Assembly (NCBI GenBank): GCA_049679665.1
Contig: JBAUGL010000066.1
Location: 3,550-67,549 of the forward strand
Length of the DNA stretch: 64,000 bases
Reading direction: 5' to 3'
From: Pyrinomonadaceae bacterium
Lineage (GTDB): Bacteria; Acidobacteriota; Blastocatellia; Pyrinomonadales; Pyrinomonadaceae
Shown here: piece after piece, positions 18,148 through 27,883 of the stretch
How positions within the stretch are numbered: the stretch's first letter is position 1
How the letters are laid out: every line of letters begins with the position of its first letter
The notes under the pieces: generated by a model
Seen by the model: only the letters and a program-made list of their open reading frames with translations
Told to the model about the DNA's origin: nothing
Database searches by the model: none
Translations under genes and position numbers: made by a program

Positions 18148-20007
18148 ATGAATGGACGCTCACCGGAGATCCCGCCAAACAAACTGATCGCGTCGCTTCG
18201 AGGATATAACTTGCTGCCGGCGATCGTGTTTATGCCGACGCGTCGAAAGTGCGACGAATCGGCATTGGAGGTCGCAGCTGATAGATCGCAGAACCTCGAC
18301 ACTGAGCGTCGGGAGCGCCGCCAGAGACTCTTTGACGAGTACGCGGCTGATAACCCCGAGATCGAAAAACACAAACACAAGAAAATACTCGTAGGCAGCG
18401 GTGTGGCTTCGCATCATGCGGGACACATACCGGCCTGGAAGCTCCTGGTCGAGAAAATGATGTCCGCTGGACTCTTGAATGCGATCTTTGCAACGTCGAC
18501 CGTCGCGGCCGGGGTTGATTTTCCAGCGCGGACCGTTGTGATCACGAATGCCGACACCCGAGGGAATGACGGGTGGCGCCCGCTTCGGGCAAACGAGCTT
18601 CAGCAAATGACGGGGCGTGCTGGTCGCAGGGGAAAAGACAATGTCGGATTCGTTGTTCTCGCGCCCGGACAGTTTCAGGATCCCAAACGCATCGCCGAAC
18701 TGCTTAAGATGCAGCCCGACCCTCTCGAAAGTAGGTTCCGCGCCACCTACACCAGTTTGTTGAACTTGCTCGATGCTTTTGGCGACTTCGCACACCTACG
18801 AGAGATCGCAGAAAAAAGTTTTGCCTTTCGCGATACATTGCTCCAGATAGATAACTTGCGGACAGAATCTGATCGGCTCTTTTCCAATATCGACCGCGAG
18901 ATCAAAAACTCAGGCTTGGGTATTTCCCGCGATGACCTGATGGGCTTTGAGCGACTTTCCCGAACTGTTCAAAGGCTCCAGTCAGGGGCTCCGGAGACTC
19001 GGTTCGAATTGCGTCAGAATTGGCTAAGGAAGAATGTTGTAGCCGGAAGGATAGTAAGCAAGGGCCGAAGCGGCAAAAGATTCTTTTTGATCCTTGGTGT
19101 TCATGGTGAAAAAGTGACCGCTATGCGGGATGACGGCCATGGTGCCAGTTTTCCGGTCTTAGGTGTAAACCGTGTTTATTCGAAAAAATATCCTATCAAA
19201 GAAAACGCCGTTGAAAGTGCGTTTTTTGATGTCGTTAACGGTTCGAATCCGGCTATCGCCGAACCAAAGACTGCGTCCCGCTCTATCGACGAAGCCGTCG
19301 AGATCCTTAACACAGCAGTAGAGACACTTTTGCCGAGGAGTCTCGACGAACAAGGACGCTTGAAAGCTCATCAATTCTTTTGGGAAAATCTGGAACGTAC
19401 ATCGGCCGCAGCGTCGATCGAAAGGGACATTCAAATACTTCGCGACCGCGTATGGATGCCTTTCGAGAAACGTGCAAGAGTGCTTGATCATTTCGGTTAT
19501 CTCGATTTTGCTCAGGAAAAAGTGACCGACAATGGCAAGTGGCTCGCAGATTTGAGGGTCGACCGTCCGCTCCTCGTCGGTGAAACGCTCCGGAACGGTC
19601 TACTTGATGATTTGAGCGAACAGCATCTTGCAGGGTTGATCGCGGCCCTGGCGGCGGATGCGGATCGAAATTACGGCGAACTTTATCTTTCTGAAGGCCT
19701 GCTCGATATTTTGTCAGATCTTGAGGAATTGATCTTCGACATATCGAAGGTCGAGGCTGCAATTGGTGTCAACCCGGTCGAGGAGATCAATTTCTCCGCC
19801 GCCGCCGCCGCTGAACGCTGGGCCGGTCGGATCGATTGGAACGATCTTGTGAATCGGACCAGGGCGGAAGAAGGTGATCTTGTGCGTTTGTTATCCAGAA
19901 CAGGCGAGGTGCTTATGCAGATCGCACATCTGGTCGAATCAAACCCCAAGGCGGCGTTGCTCGCACGGCTTACGGCTGAGAGGCTTTTAAGGGAACCGGT
20001 ACGATGA
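18148..20007 (+). CDS. Ski2/HelY-like helicase, C-terminal portion only (RecA2 + winged-helix/ratchet + C-terminal domain); N-terminal ATPase core is missing
   Basis: Begins at the RecA2 region (LLPAIVFMPTRRKCD; HHAGHIPAWKLLVEKMMSAGLLNAIFATSTVAAGVDFPARTVVI; QMTGRAGRRG motif VI). No Walker A or DEAH motif. In-frame TAA at 18136 closes the ORF. Confidence 0.75.
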   Translation: MNGRSPEIPPNKLIASLRGYNLLPAIVFMPTRRKCDESALEVAADRSQNLDTERRERRQRLFDEYAADNPEIEKHKHKKILVGSGVASHHAGHIPAWKLLVEKMMSAGLLNAIFATSTVAAGVDFPARTVVITNADTRGNDGWRPLRANELQQMTGRAGRRGKDNVGFVVLAPGQFQDPKRIAELLKMQPDPLESRFRATYTSLLNLLDAFGDFAHLREIAEKSFAFRDTLLQIDNLRTESDRLFSNIDREIKNSGLGISRDDLMGFERLSRTVQRLQSGAPETRFELRQNWLRKNVVAGRIVSKGRSGKRFFLILGVHGEKVTAMRDDGHGASFPVLGVNRVYSKKYPIKENAVESAFFDVVNGSNPAIAEPKTASRSIDEAVEILNTAVETLLPRSLDEQGRLKAHQFFWENLERTSAAASIERDIQILRDRVWMPFEKRARVLDHFGYLDFAQEKVTDNGKWLADLRVDRPLLVGETLRNGLLDDLSEQHLAGLIAALAADADRNYGELYLSEGLLDILSDLEELIFDISKVEAAIGVNPVEEINFSAAAAAERWAGRIDWNDLVNRTRAEEGDLVRLLSRTGEVLMQIAHLVESNPKAALLARLTAERLLREPVR

Positions 20008-20074
20008 CTGGGTCACCCCGACAATTAGGTTTCAGTTTCCACAAGGCATTTGATAGAATCAAAGGTGATTTTAT

Positions 20075-20941
20075 ATGAGAGTTTTGCTTGCGAATGAATA
20101 CGGATTTTGCTTTGGCGTCGAGCGTGCCGTCGAGATGGTCGAAGGCGCCCTCGACGACGGCGACACGGTTCGCAGCCTTGGTCCATTGATCCACAACGAC
20201 CAGGAAATGCAGAGACTCGGCACGCACGGAGTTTCCACAATAACCGAACCAGTTCAGATAAAACGCGGTGAAACGGCCGTGATCAGGGCCCACGGCGTAA
20301 CTCCGCAAGTTCAGAAAGAGTTGGAAGAAAAGGCGTCAAAGGTCGTTGATGCGACTTGTCCCTTTGTAACTAGGGTTCAAAAACTCGCAGCGCGTGCAGC
20401 TGAGCAAGATCGCCACGTCGTTGTGGTTGGCAGCCCAGATCATCCCGAAATGATCGGCGTGAAAGGCTATGCACCCGACCACGCATTCGTGATTCGCGAC
20501 GAGTCTGAGGTCGCAAGCCTTCCACGTTTGCGAAATCCGCTTGTGGTGTCGCAGACAACGATCAAAGCAAAAACCTTCTTCGACACGGCTGAAGCGGTCA
20601 GATCCAAGACCGATGACAAGGTTCAGATCGTCAATACTATATGTTCGGCGACCCGCGACCGTCAAGATGCGGCCCGCGCCCTTGCCGGTATGGTCGATGC
20701 GTTCTATATCATCGGCGGCCGTCACTCATCAAACAGTGTGAAGCTTCTTGCCGTATGTCAGGAACAATGCGTTAAAAGTTACCTGATCGAAACCGAGGAG
20801 GAGATCGACCCGCTGGACCTCGTCGGCGTGGAAAAGGTTGGCGTAACCGCCGGCGCCTCGACTCCCAATTGGCTGATAGAGAAGATCGTGAAACACCTCG
20901 AAGAGATCGGCCGTGAAATTGCGGACGGCCGCCCGTCTTAG
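20075..20941 (+). CDS. ispH: 4-hydroxy-3-methylbut-2-enyl diphosphate reductase
   Basis: MRVLLANEYGFCFGVERAV N-terminus, conserved Cys positions (CPFV, NTICSAT) and SSNS motif of IspH/LytB. Confidence 0.95.
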   Translation: MRVLLANEYGFCFGVERAVEMVEGALDDGDTVRSLGPLIHNDQEMQRLGTHGVSTITEPVQIKRGETAVIRAHGVTPQVQKELEEKASKVVDATCPFVTRVQKLAARAAEQDRHVVVVGSPDHPEMIGVKGYAPDHAFVIRDESEVASLPRLRNPLVVSQTTIKAKTFFDTAEAVRSKTDDKVQIVNTICSATRDRQDAARALAGMVDAFYIIGGRHSSNSVKLLAVCQEQCVKSYLIETEEEIDPLDLVGVEKVGVTAGASTPNWLIEKIVKHLEEIGREIADGRPS

Positions 20942-20963
20942 TTCTTACAGCATCCTTGACGAC

Positions 20964-21006
20964 GAAGGCCGACGCATTCGATGCATCGGCCTTCTCTCTC
21001 TTTTTA
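20964..21006 (+). terminator. Intrinsic terminator downstream of ispH
   Basis: 9-bp stem GAAGGCCGA/TCGGCCTTC (20964-20972 with 20986-20994) with inner GCAT/ATGC pairing, followed by TCTCTCTCTTTTT. Confidence 0.6.
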
Positions 21007-21014
21007 GCATTGAT

Positions 21015-21929
21015 TTACGGAATCACAAGTTCAGCACCTACCTCGAGGTCGCTGGGACTATTCATTTTGTCTCTATTTGCCTCGTAGATCTTCATATAGT
21101 GCCGTGAACTGCCGTAAAAGCGTGTACTGATCTTGCCAAGCGTATCACCCGGTCGAACAACATATGTTTGACCGCCGCCCGCCGGAGGATCGTCCATACG
21201 GGGTTCATCGGCAGCGGCCCCCGCCTCCGCAAATCGTGGTAAGGAAACCGACTGGTTCAAATAAACGCCGAATTCCGTTCCTGACTTCACCTCGGCTTCC
21301 TCGCCTTTGGTGTAACGCTCGCCAAGAAATCCGCCTGCAGCGCCAATAATGCCGCCAATAAGGGCACCCTTGCCGCCGCCGATCGCAGCGCCTAATACAG
21401 CACCGCCTGCACCGCCACCGCCAATAAAGATGATCTTTCGATGCTTCATCTTATCGCCTGACGCAGTACCTTCAGCATCGCTCTTGGCATCATCGGTGTT
21501 TAGATCTGTCAATGACCCATTGATCGAACGCGTGTACCCGTTCGGCAATTTGACCTGATTGAAGCTGACATCGATCGATCCCGGGTTACCGCCCTTCTTG
21601 GCCGGTGTTGCGGTGTCGACGCGGCCTATCACCGAGCTCCCTGCCGGCATAACGACAACACCGGTCGTTGAATAGACAGGTTCAGTAACGTTCGCGGTAA
21701 AGCTGTCACCAACCTTTGCCGTTTTTGAACTAAGCGTGTCATTCAGCCGAGCGTGGATCTTTGTACCGCTCTCGACAGTAAATAGTTTGGGGGAGACTAC
21801 CCTCTTAACCGTCGTAGTCTTACGTTTGAGGGTTGGTTTCCTCTTTTGCGCGAGCGTGTCAATTGCACTTAGACCAAAAATCAATACAAAAAACGCGACA
21901 AAACTTCTAAGATAAACTGTTCTTCTCAT
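21015..21929 (-). CDS. Secreted LysM-domain protein with glycine-zipper segment
   Basis: Signal/anchor FVAFFVLIFGLSAIDTLAQ. Gly-zipper GGGGAGGAVLGAAIGGGKGALIGGIIGAAGG. C-terminal LysM YVVRPGDTLGKISTRFYG...IYEANRD. Confidence 0.8.
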   Translation of the reverse strand: MRRTVYLRSFVAFFVLIFGLSAIDTLAQKRKPTLKRKTTTVKRVVSPKLFTVESGTKIHARLNDTLSSKTAKVGDSFTANVTEPVYSTTGVVVMPAGSSVIGRVDTATPAKKGGNPGSIDVSFNQVKLPNGYTRSINGSLTDLNTDDAKSDAEGTASGDKMKHRKIIFIGGGGAGGAVLGAAIGGGKGALIGGIIGAAGGFLGERYTKGEEAEVKSGTEFGVYLNQSVSLPRFAEAGAAADEPRMDDPPAGGGQTYVVRPGDTLGKISTRFYGSSRHYMKIYEANRDKMNSPSDLEVGAELVIP

Positions 21930-22115
21930 AGCTTTCCTCCGTTACATAACGTGCATCGAACTTATCCCCTGCACACGGCTCGAGGTGCTTTATTTGATCT
22001 TAAAGCCATGACGAACCGTTGTATGGAATATGCCCGACCAAAACTTTTCGCTACCACTAACAATACCACGTAATTTAGTTTCTTCGGAATGCGAAACGCA
22101 CTAAACGTCGACTTG

Positions 22116-22143
22116 GGAACCTTGCGGACCAAACTTTTCTTAA
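22116..22143 (+). promoter_or_regulatory. Candidate ECF (sigmaE-like) promoter upstream of htrA
   Basis: GGAACCT (22116-22122), 15-nt spacer, TCTTAA (22138-22143). Resembles the GGAACTT-N15/16-TCnAA envelope-stress consensus. Pattern match only. Confidence 0.2.
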
Positions 22144-22218
22144 TCGAATACGCAACGCTCATGCGCTCAAATTGCATCTGACAAATTGTATAAATTATTG
22201 TCTTAATAAAGAGGAATT

Positions 22219-23430
22219 ATGGCTACAAGGTCCGTATATCAATTATCCGCGAGGCAAATTCTCCTTCTTGGTTTCGCTTCGGCGATGATCGCGGTCGGCG
22301 TAACAGCACTGCTGTACACATTTGGCTCGTTTGGCCTCGGCAAGAACAACGCTAATGTCGCGTTTGCCGAACAGCAGCCCCATGGGTTGACTGACCCCAA
22401 CACCGTCAGCGATGAACAAAATAGTATCGAGGTGTACAGATCCATCTCACCCGGAGTCGCTTTCATAAATACGACCTCCTACTCACAAAACTGGTGGGGC
22501 GACGTTGCAGAAGGACGCGGAAACGGCAGTGGTTCAGTTATCGATGCCGAAGGCCATATACTAACGAATTACCACGTAATTGAAGATGCTAATAAACTTA
22601 CCGTGAATTTTGGCGGTGATAAGGTATTTCCTGCGAAGATTGTCGGAGGTGATCCGGACACAGACCTTGCTATTATCAAAATCGAGCCTCCGGCTGGCGG
22701 ATTGACGGTCGTTCCGTTAGGGAATTCCGACAGTCTCATAGTTGGCCAGAAGGTTCTGGCGATCGGAAATCCGTTTGGGCTTGACCGAACGCTTACGACC
22801 GGTGTTATTTCCGGCCTTCAGCGTCCAATAAGGTCCAGGCCTATGCCCGGTGCCGCAAACGGTCGTCCGATCGACGCCGCGATCCAAACTGACGCCTCGA
22901 TCAACCCCGGAAATTCCGGCGGGCCACTTCTGGATAAATTCGGCAAGATGATCGGCATCAATTCTCAGATATTGTCGCCCGCCGGGGGATCCGTGGGTGT
23001 TGGCTTCGCCGTACCTGTAAATACTGCAAAGCGCGTTATCCCACAGCTGATCCAGTTCGGGGAAGTTCGGCGGCCAAAGTTGGGGGCCAACCTGAACAGT
23101 CTCGAACAATTGAGCACTCGCGGTTATCGTATGCCCGTCGATAGTGGTCTTCTCTTGATCAATACACAGCCGGGCGGATCCGCTGAAAAGGCAGGTCTTC
23201 GCGGATTAAGGCAGGATGCAGGCGGTGTCATCTTGGGCGATATCATAACGTCGATCGACGGTGAACCTATGAAATCCGTCGACGACCTATATAGGCTTCT
23301 AGACAAAAAGCAGTTCGGCGAAACTGTCAACGTTGAGATATTGCGGGAAGGAAAGCCGATGACCGTACCTCTTCGGCTGCTTCAGTCGTCGCAGCAGGCG
23401 CGGCCCAGCCGGCGCCCGGTACAGGAGTAA
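22219..23430 (+). CDS. htrA: HtrA/DegP-family periplasmic serine protease (trypsin-like + PDZ)
   Basis: Catalytic triad context TNYHVI, DLAIIK, GNSGGPL. C-terminal PDZ region. GAGGA Shine-Dalgarno sequence before the ATG. Confidence 0.92.
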   Translation: MATRSVYQLSARQILLLGFASAMIAVGVTALLYTFGSFGLGKNNANVAFAEQQPHGLTDPNTVSDEQNSIEVYRSISPGVAFINTTSYSQNWWGDVAEGRGNGSGSVIDAEGHILTNYHVIEDANKLTVNFGGDKVFPAKIVGGDPDTDLAIIKIEPPAGGLTVVPLGNSDSLIVGQKVLAIGNPFGLDRTLTTGVISGLQRPIRSRPMPGAANGRPIDAAIQTDASINPGNSGGPLLDKFGKMIGINSQILSPAGGSVGVGFAVPVNTAKRVIPQLIQFGEVRRPKLGANLNSLEQLSTRGYRMPVDSGLLLINTQPGGSAEKAGLRGLRQDAGGVILGDIITSIDGEPMKSVDDLYRLLDKKQFGETVNVEILREGKPMTVPLRLLQSSQQARPSRRPVQE

Positions 23431-23443
23431 GTTGATCAAACAG

Positions 23444-23728
23444 ATGCGGCGGACCTTACTGGTAACGCCGCATTTTTGCGTGTCGAATATGATAGCTCTC
23501 AACGATTTCTACAATGACGGGTTCGGCTGGATGTGTCGCCATTGCGAGCCCGTGCGCAATCGCGGAAGCTTATCCTCCCCTGGCCTTGGCCGTTTTTTCC
23601 ATGAGGGCGAAGCTGAAAGTAAGTCACCTGTTTTATCAAACAAGGCGCTTGCCAAGTGGGCGGACCCGGCTCATCGTGTCCTTTCCTGCCCGACGTGCGG
23701 GATCACGGAATTGGTGGATAAAAGATAG
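23444..23728 (+). CDS. Small hypothetical protein with two CxxC pairs (zinc-ribbon-like)
   Basis: CRHC ... CPTC spacing typical of a zinc ribbon. Fills the htrA-cysQ gap. No other support. Confidence 0.4.
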   Translation: MRRTLLVTPHFCVSNMIALNDFYNDGFGWMCRHCEPVRNRGSLSSPGLGRFFHEGEAESKSPVLSNKALAKWADPAHRVLSCPTCGITELVDKR

Positions 23729-23754
23729 CGCGGTTACTTGTCTTTGCCGTAAGG

Positions 23755-24618
23755 ATGAATGATTCTTCAAGGGTGATAGATCGCGAACTTGAGACCATTG
23801 TTCAAATTGCCTGCGACGTCGGCCATCTCATTATGCGGCACTACGCTTCCGAGATCTTCGCCGAGCAGAAAATGGGTGCTGATGCGATTACTGAACCGGT
23901 GACCGCTGCCGACCGCGAAGCGAACGCTTTGATAGTGACCGCTCTGGCGAAACAGTTCCCCGACGATCATGTCTTGTCCGAAGAAGAACCAGACGATTTT
24001 CGAACCAGGATGTCCCATAAACGTGTTTGGGTCGTCGACCCGATAGACGGGACGGCGGGCTTTATCAAAAAAGACGATGACTTTGCGGTACAAATCGGGC
24101 TGGCCGTCGACGGTACGCCTGTTGTCGGAGTCGTTTACCTTCCAGCACACGATACGCTCTATTGCGCACGAAAGGGAGCTGGGGCCTTTTCGATAAGTAA
24201 AGGCGGCGATCAGCGAGCGCTACGCGTGTCTTCAACCACAGATCTCCACGATATTACGCTTGCGGTCTCTCGCAATCATCGAAGTCCGCGTATGGGTCGA
24301 GTGGTCGAAGGAGTCGGCCTAAAACGCGAGGTCCAACGCGGGTCGGTCGGACTAAAGATCGGGCTGATTGCTGAACAAACTTGCGATCTTTACGTGCACC
24401 TTTCACCCCGAACTAAACTTTGGGACACATGCGCGCCGCAAATTATACTTGAGGAGGCCGGAGGCAAGCTGACCGACTTGTTCGGTTCCGCGCTCCGATA
24501 TGACAACGCCGATGTCCAGAATCACAACGGAGTGTTGGCGTCGAACGGCGTTTCTCATGATCTCGTCGTCAAAAAGCTAGCACCGATCCTCACCGAATTT
24601 TCGCGCGTCCCAGTATAG
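23755..24618 (+). CDS. Inositol monophosphatase family / 3'(2'),5'-bisphosphate nucleotidase (CysQ-like)
   Basis: IMPase motifs LSEEE, WVVDPIDGT and WDTCAP. Confidence 0.85.
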   Translation: MNDSSRVIDRELETIVQIACDVGHLIMRHYASEIFAEQKMGADAITEPVTAADREANALIVTALAKQFPDDHVLSEEEPDDFRTRMSHKRVWVVDPIDGTAGFIKKDDDFAVQIGLAVDGTPVVGVVYLPAHDTLYCARKGAGAFSISKGGDQRALRVSSTTDLHDITLAVSRNHRSPRMGRVVEGVGLKREVQRGSVGLKIGLIAEQTCDLYVHLSPRTKLWDTCAPQIILEEAGGKLTDLFGSALRYDNADVQNHNGVLASNGVSHDLVVKKLAPILTEFSRVPV

Positions 24619-24755
24619 ATCGAATACCTTAAATACGAAATTTCCGAAAAAACCGCAAAAAAAGACGCAAAGAAAGCGAAGAAAACTTTGACTCGATCGT
24701 GAAATCGAGCCCCGTTCTCTTCGCAGCTTTGCACCATTGCGGGAATGGTCTTCTT

Positions 24756-27659
24756 CTAAAACTTGAACCTTAATCCAAGCTGTACTTGTCGCGGTTCGCC
24801 AAACCCGGCGGACACCGTACCATCGAAATTGAACGTCAACGGCCGCGGAAGGCTTCGCTGATTGCTGTTGTTGAAGATATTGAACGCCTCAAAAATCCCC
24901 TCCAACGACATCCTTTCCGTAAACTTGAATTCTTTCGAGGCACGGACGTCAAACGTGAAGAATTCGTTATCGAGCCGTTCCGTGTTTCGTTGAATGATCT
25001 CTCCATTAACGAGTACAGCGTTTCCGTTGAAATCAGTGCGCGTTACCGACGTCGGCTGTGCCGAACGATACTGCACGATCGGCGAAATGTTGATGTCCCA
25101 CGGAAGCAGAAACGTCGCGAATGCATTGAATCGGTGACGCTGGTCGCGGTCCGAATAGCTGTATTCCGGTGAAAGATCCCGAGGGTCGGCATAACGGAAC
25201 GTGAACGGATCGCGTTCATTATCGTCATCGGATTTGTCCCATGACAAAAGGTAATTGGCCTGGAACTGATAACGGTCTGCGAAACGCTTATTCAAGGTGA
25301 ATGTTACGCCCTGATACAGCGATTTGGCCGAGCTCTCCGTTGAACGTATCTCGCCGACACCCGAACCGTCAGGTCGAGCGAACGGCCCAAAATCTGACGG
25401 GTTACCGCCGGCAAAGCGGCCGTCATTACGATTGACGAATCTTGTGAGTCGGTCCGATTTCGCGAGATTGTAGGCGACAAGGAAGCTTGTGTGCTTGAAC
25501 AGTTCCCGCTCCACGCTGGCACTGTATTGAATCGTTCTCGGATTCTTGAAATTCCGTTCGAACACCGCCACACCCGGGTTAAACGGGCTAAAACCGGCAG
25601 TGGGGACGACGCCCGGAAAAACCGGACAGCCGCCTAGTCCTGGCCCGGAGCAAAGGAAGTTGGCAAAAAAGATGTTTCCGGCGATAACGCCGTCGGTGTT
25701 ACGCGGCCCGGCGACTACCAATCCGGGAATACGGGCATAAAAGACACCCGCCCCAAGTCGAATCGCCGTTTTTCGATCGCTTCCCGGCGACCAGGAAAGT
25801 CCTAATCGCGGCGACCAGCCATCAGTGAAGTCCGGAATGCTGCCATCCGAAGGGAAACTTGGGTCGCTCAGGAATTGACCGTATCGGGTCTCGCTTGGAT
25901 CGTTGATCGGATCGGGCTGATATTGCCCTTCCCATCGAAATCCAAGGTTTACCGTCAGGTTTGGTCGTACCTGCCAGTTGTCCTGTACATACAGGCCCGG
26001 CTCGAACGTCGAATACGACTGCGTTCCCGCTTCTTCGACCGTACGGTTGCCGATCGGCGCAAACTGCAAATAAAGTGCGAGAGCGCCCGCGCTTACACCG
26101 TCAATATAATTCTCAAATCCGTCGATCGCTTGATCGATCGTGGGTGCGGCAAATATATACCTTCCGCGGGCGAAACCGATAAATGTCTGTGAAACCTTGG
26201 TCCGATTCAGATCAATACCGAATTTAACGGCGTGGTTCCCTCTGATAACCGTGAAATTATCCGTAAATTGGATCCGGACATCGTCCGATGGGACCGGCAG
26301 AAAGAATGGACGCCCGAATCGGTATGAGATCGTTCCGTCAAAAGTTCCAATCGTGGTGTCCGGAAGGTCGGGCCCGTCATAAAACCGCGGACGCTCTTCC
26401 TTCGCCCATTGAAAGCGAAATTCGTTAAGAAGCGTTGACGAAAAATTAGTCACAAGCTGACCGATAAACGAGTTTGAATTGTCCGTTTCGCGGCCGTTTG
26501 CACTCACTCCCCAAGTCGGAACATCAAATGTTCCGTTAACCTGTTCAGCACGGCTATAATTGTGACGCAGCGTTAAAAGGTTGTTCGAGTTTACCTGGAC
26601 ATCCACTTTTCCGAGAAGAACGTCGGCGACGTTTGTACGATCGATCACACCCTGTTCGCCGGGCGAATTGAACCTTGTGGCAAAAATATCCACAAGCCGC
26701 GGATCGATGAAATTAGGTTTGGAGCTCGTCCCGTCATTACGCTCATATGCGACAAAGAAAAACGCGCGGTCCTTTTTGATCGGGCCGCCGACGTTGCCGC
26801 CGAATTGATAGTTGCGAAAATCTTCGATCGGCAGGCCCGCATCTACAGCGTCCGGATTTTGGCCTGAAAGCGATTGGTTCCGGAAAAACAAGAAGGCAGC
26901 GCCGGTAAAATCATTAGTGCCTGACTTTGTAACGACGTTGATAAATCCGCCGGAGCTGCGGCCGAATTCTGCCGAGGCACCGACCGGAACAACCTGAAAC
27001 TCCTTGACCGATTCAAGACTTATAGTGAACGCCGGCCGCTGGCCGCCGCGCTGCTCTCCAAAGAATGGATTGTTTGCGTCCGAACCATCGATCGAAACAT
27101 TGTTCTGAATTCCCTTTTGTCCGTTTATCGAAATCTCATCGCCATCCGGTCCTTGGACGATCGAAACGCCCGGCGTAAGCAGCGCAAACCGTGAAAAATC
27201 CCTGCGATTGATCGGCAGATTTTCGACTGATCGTTCGTTCAGCTGAGTGGAAAGCTCTGTCCGCGCCGTTTCGACACCTTCAGGATCGGCGGACACATCA
27301 ACTGTAGTAACAGTGGTTCCGACCGCTAATTCGATCCTTAGGCTCATGGTTTGTCCAAGCGTCACATTGACGTTTTCCAGATTCGACTGAGCAAAACCCT
27401 GCTTCGTCGTCGTTACGCGGTATCTCCCGAGCGGCAGCAAGGGCGCATTAAAAAAACCATCGGAATTGCTCTCGACGGTTCGTTCAAATCCTGTATCCAA
27501 ATTCCGGGCAACGATTCCCGCGCCCGTGACGATTGCGCCATTTTGATCAACGACCGTGCCTTGGATGGTTCCCGTTGTCGCCTGAGACTGAGCAAACCCC
27601 GACATTGCGAGCACGCACATTAGAATGCAGGCCATCGAAAGTTCTTGAATTGTTTTCAT
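24756..27659 (-). CDS. TonB-dependent outer-membrane receptor with N-terminal carboxypeptidase-regulatory-like domain
   Basis: Signal peptide MKTIQELSMACILMCVLAMSGFAQS. CarboxypepD_reg-like GTIQGTVVDQNGAIVTGAGIV. Plug and long beta-barrel ending in the aromatic terminus LGLRFKF. Confidence 0.9.
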   Translation of the reverse strand: MKTIQELSMACILMCVLAMSGFAQSQATTGTIQGTVVDQNGAIVTGAGIVARNLDTGFERTVESNSDGFFNAPLLPLGRYRVTTTKQGFAQSNLENVNVTLGQTMSLRIELAVGTTVTTVDVSADPEGVETARTELSTQLNERSVENLPINRRDFSRFALLTPGVSIVQGPDGDEISINGQKGIQNNVSIDGSDANNPFFGEQRGGQRPAFTISLESVKEFQVVPVGASAEFGRSSGGFINVVTKSGTNDFTGAAFLFFRNQSLSGQNPDAVDAGLPIEDFRNYQFGGNVGGPIKKDRAFFFVAYERNDGTSSKPNFIDPRLVDIFATRFNSPGEQGVIDRTNVADVLLGKVDVQVNSNNLLTLRHNYSRAEQVNGTFDVPTWGVSANGRETDNSNSFIGQLVTNFSSTLLNEFRFQWAKEERPRFYDGPDLPDTTIGTFDGTISYRFGRPFFLPVPSDDVRIQFTDNFTVIRGNHAVKFGIDLNRTKVSQTFIGFARGRYIFAAPTIDQAIDGFENYIDGVSAGALALYLQFAPIGNRTVEEAGTQSYSTFEPGLYVQDNWQVRPNLTVNLGFRWEGQYQPDPINDPSETRYGQFLSDPSFPSDGSIPDFTDGWSPRLGLSWSPGSDRKTAIRLGAGVFYARIPGLVVAGPRNTDGVIAGNIFFANFLCSGPGLGGCPVFPGVVPTAGFSPFNPGVAVFERNFKNPRTIQYSASVERELFKHTSFLVAYNLAKSDRLTRFVNRNDGRFAGGNPSDFGPFARPDGSGVGEIRSTESSAKSLYQGVTFTLNKRFADRYQFQANYLLSWDKSDDDNERDPFTFRYADPRDLSPEYSYSDRDQRHRFNAFATFLLPWDINISPIVQYRSAQPTSVTRTDFNGNAVLVNGEIIQRNTERLDNEFFTFDVRASKEFKFTERMSLEGIFEAFNIFNNSNQRSLPRPLTFNFDGTVSAGFGEPRQVQLGLRFKF

Positions 27660-27883
27660 TGTTTTTCCGTCCGGATAAGTTAAATATTGTGATTCGATTC
27701 GGAGCAAATGGGAAGGTAAATCTCAAATCGATATTAAATCTTTGAGAATTTAACACATTAGTATGAGAAAACCAAATCGCTCTCAATGAGAAGTTTTCGA
27801 CGCGTATTCAGGGTCCGTATAAGCACAAACCTGATCAAGCCGCTTGCCTGGCTCACGTTCACCGATTCCGCCGTTACAAAGGT

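Noticed and set aside
21962-22177. 71-aa minus-strand ORF between the LysM gene and htrA
   Set aside because: It has no ribosome-binding site and no recognisable motif. It lies in what looks like the divergent promoter region.
27660-27883. Possible cobalamin riboswitch upstream of the TonB-dependent receptor, next to the B12-radical SAM gene
   Set aside because: No B12-box-like GCCACUG element was seen on the minus strand.
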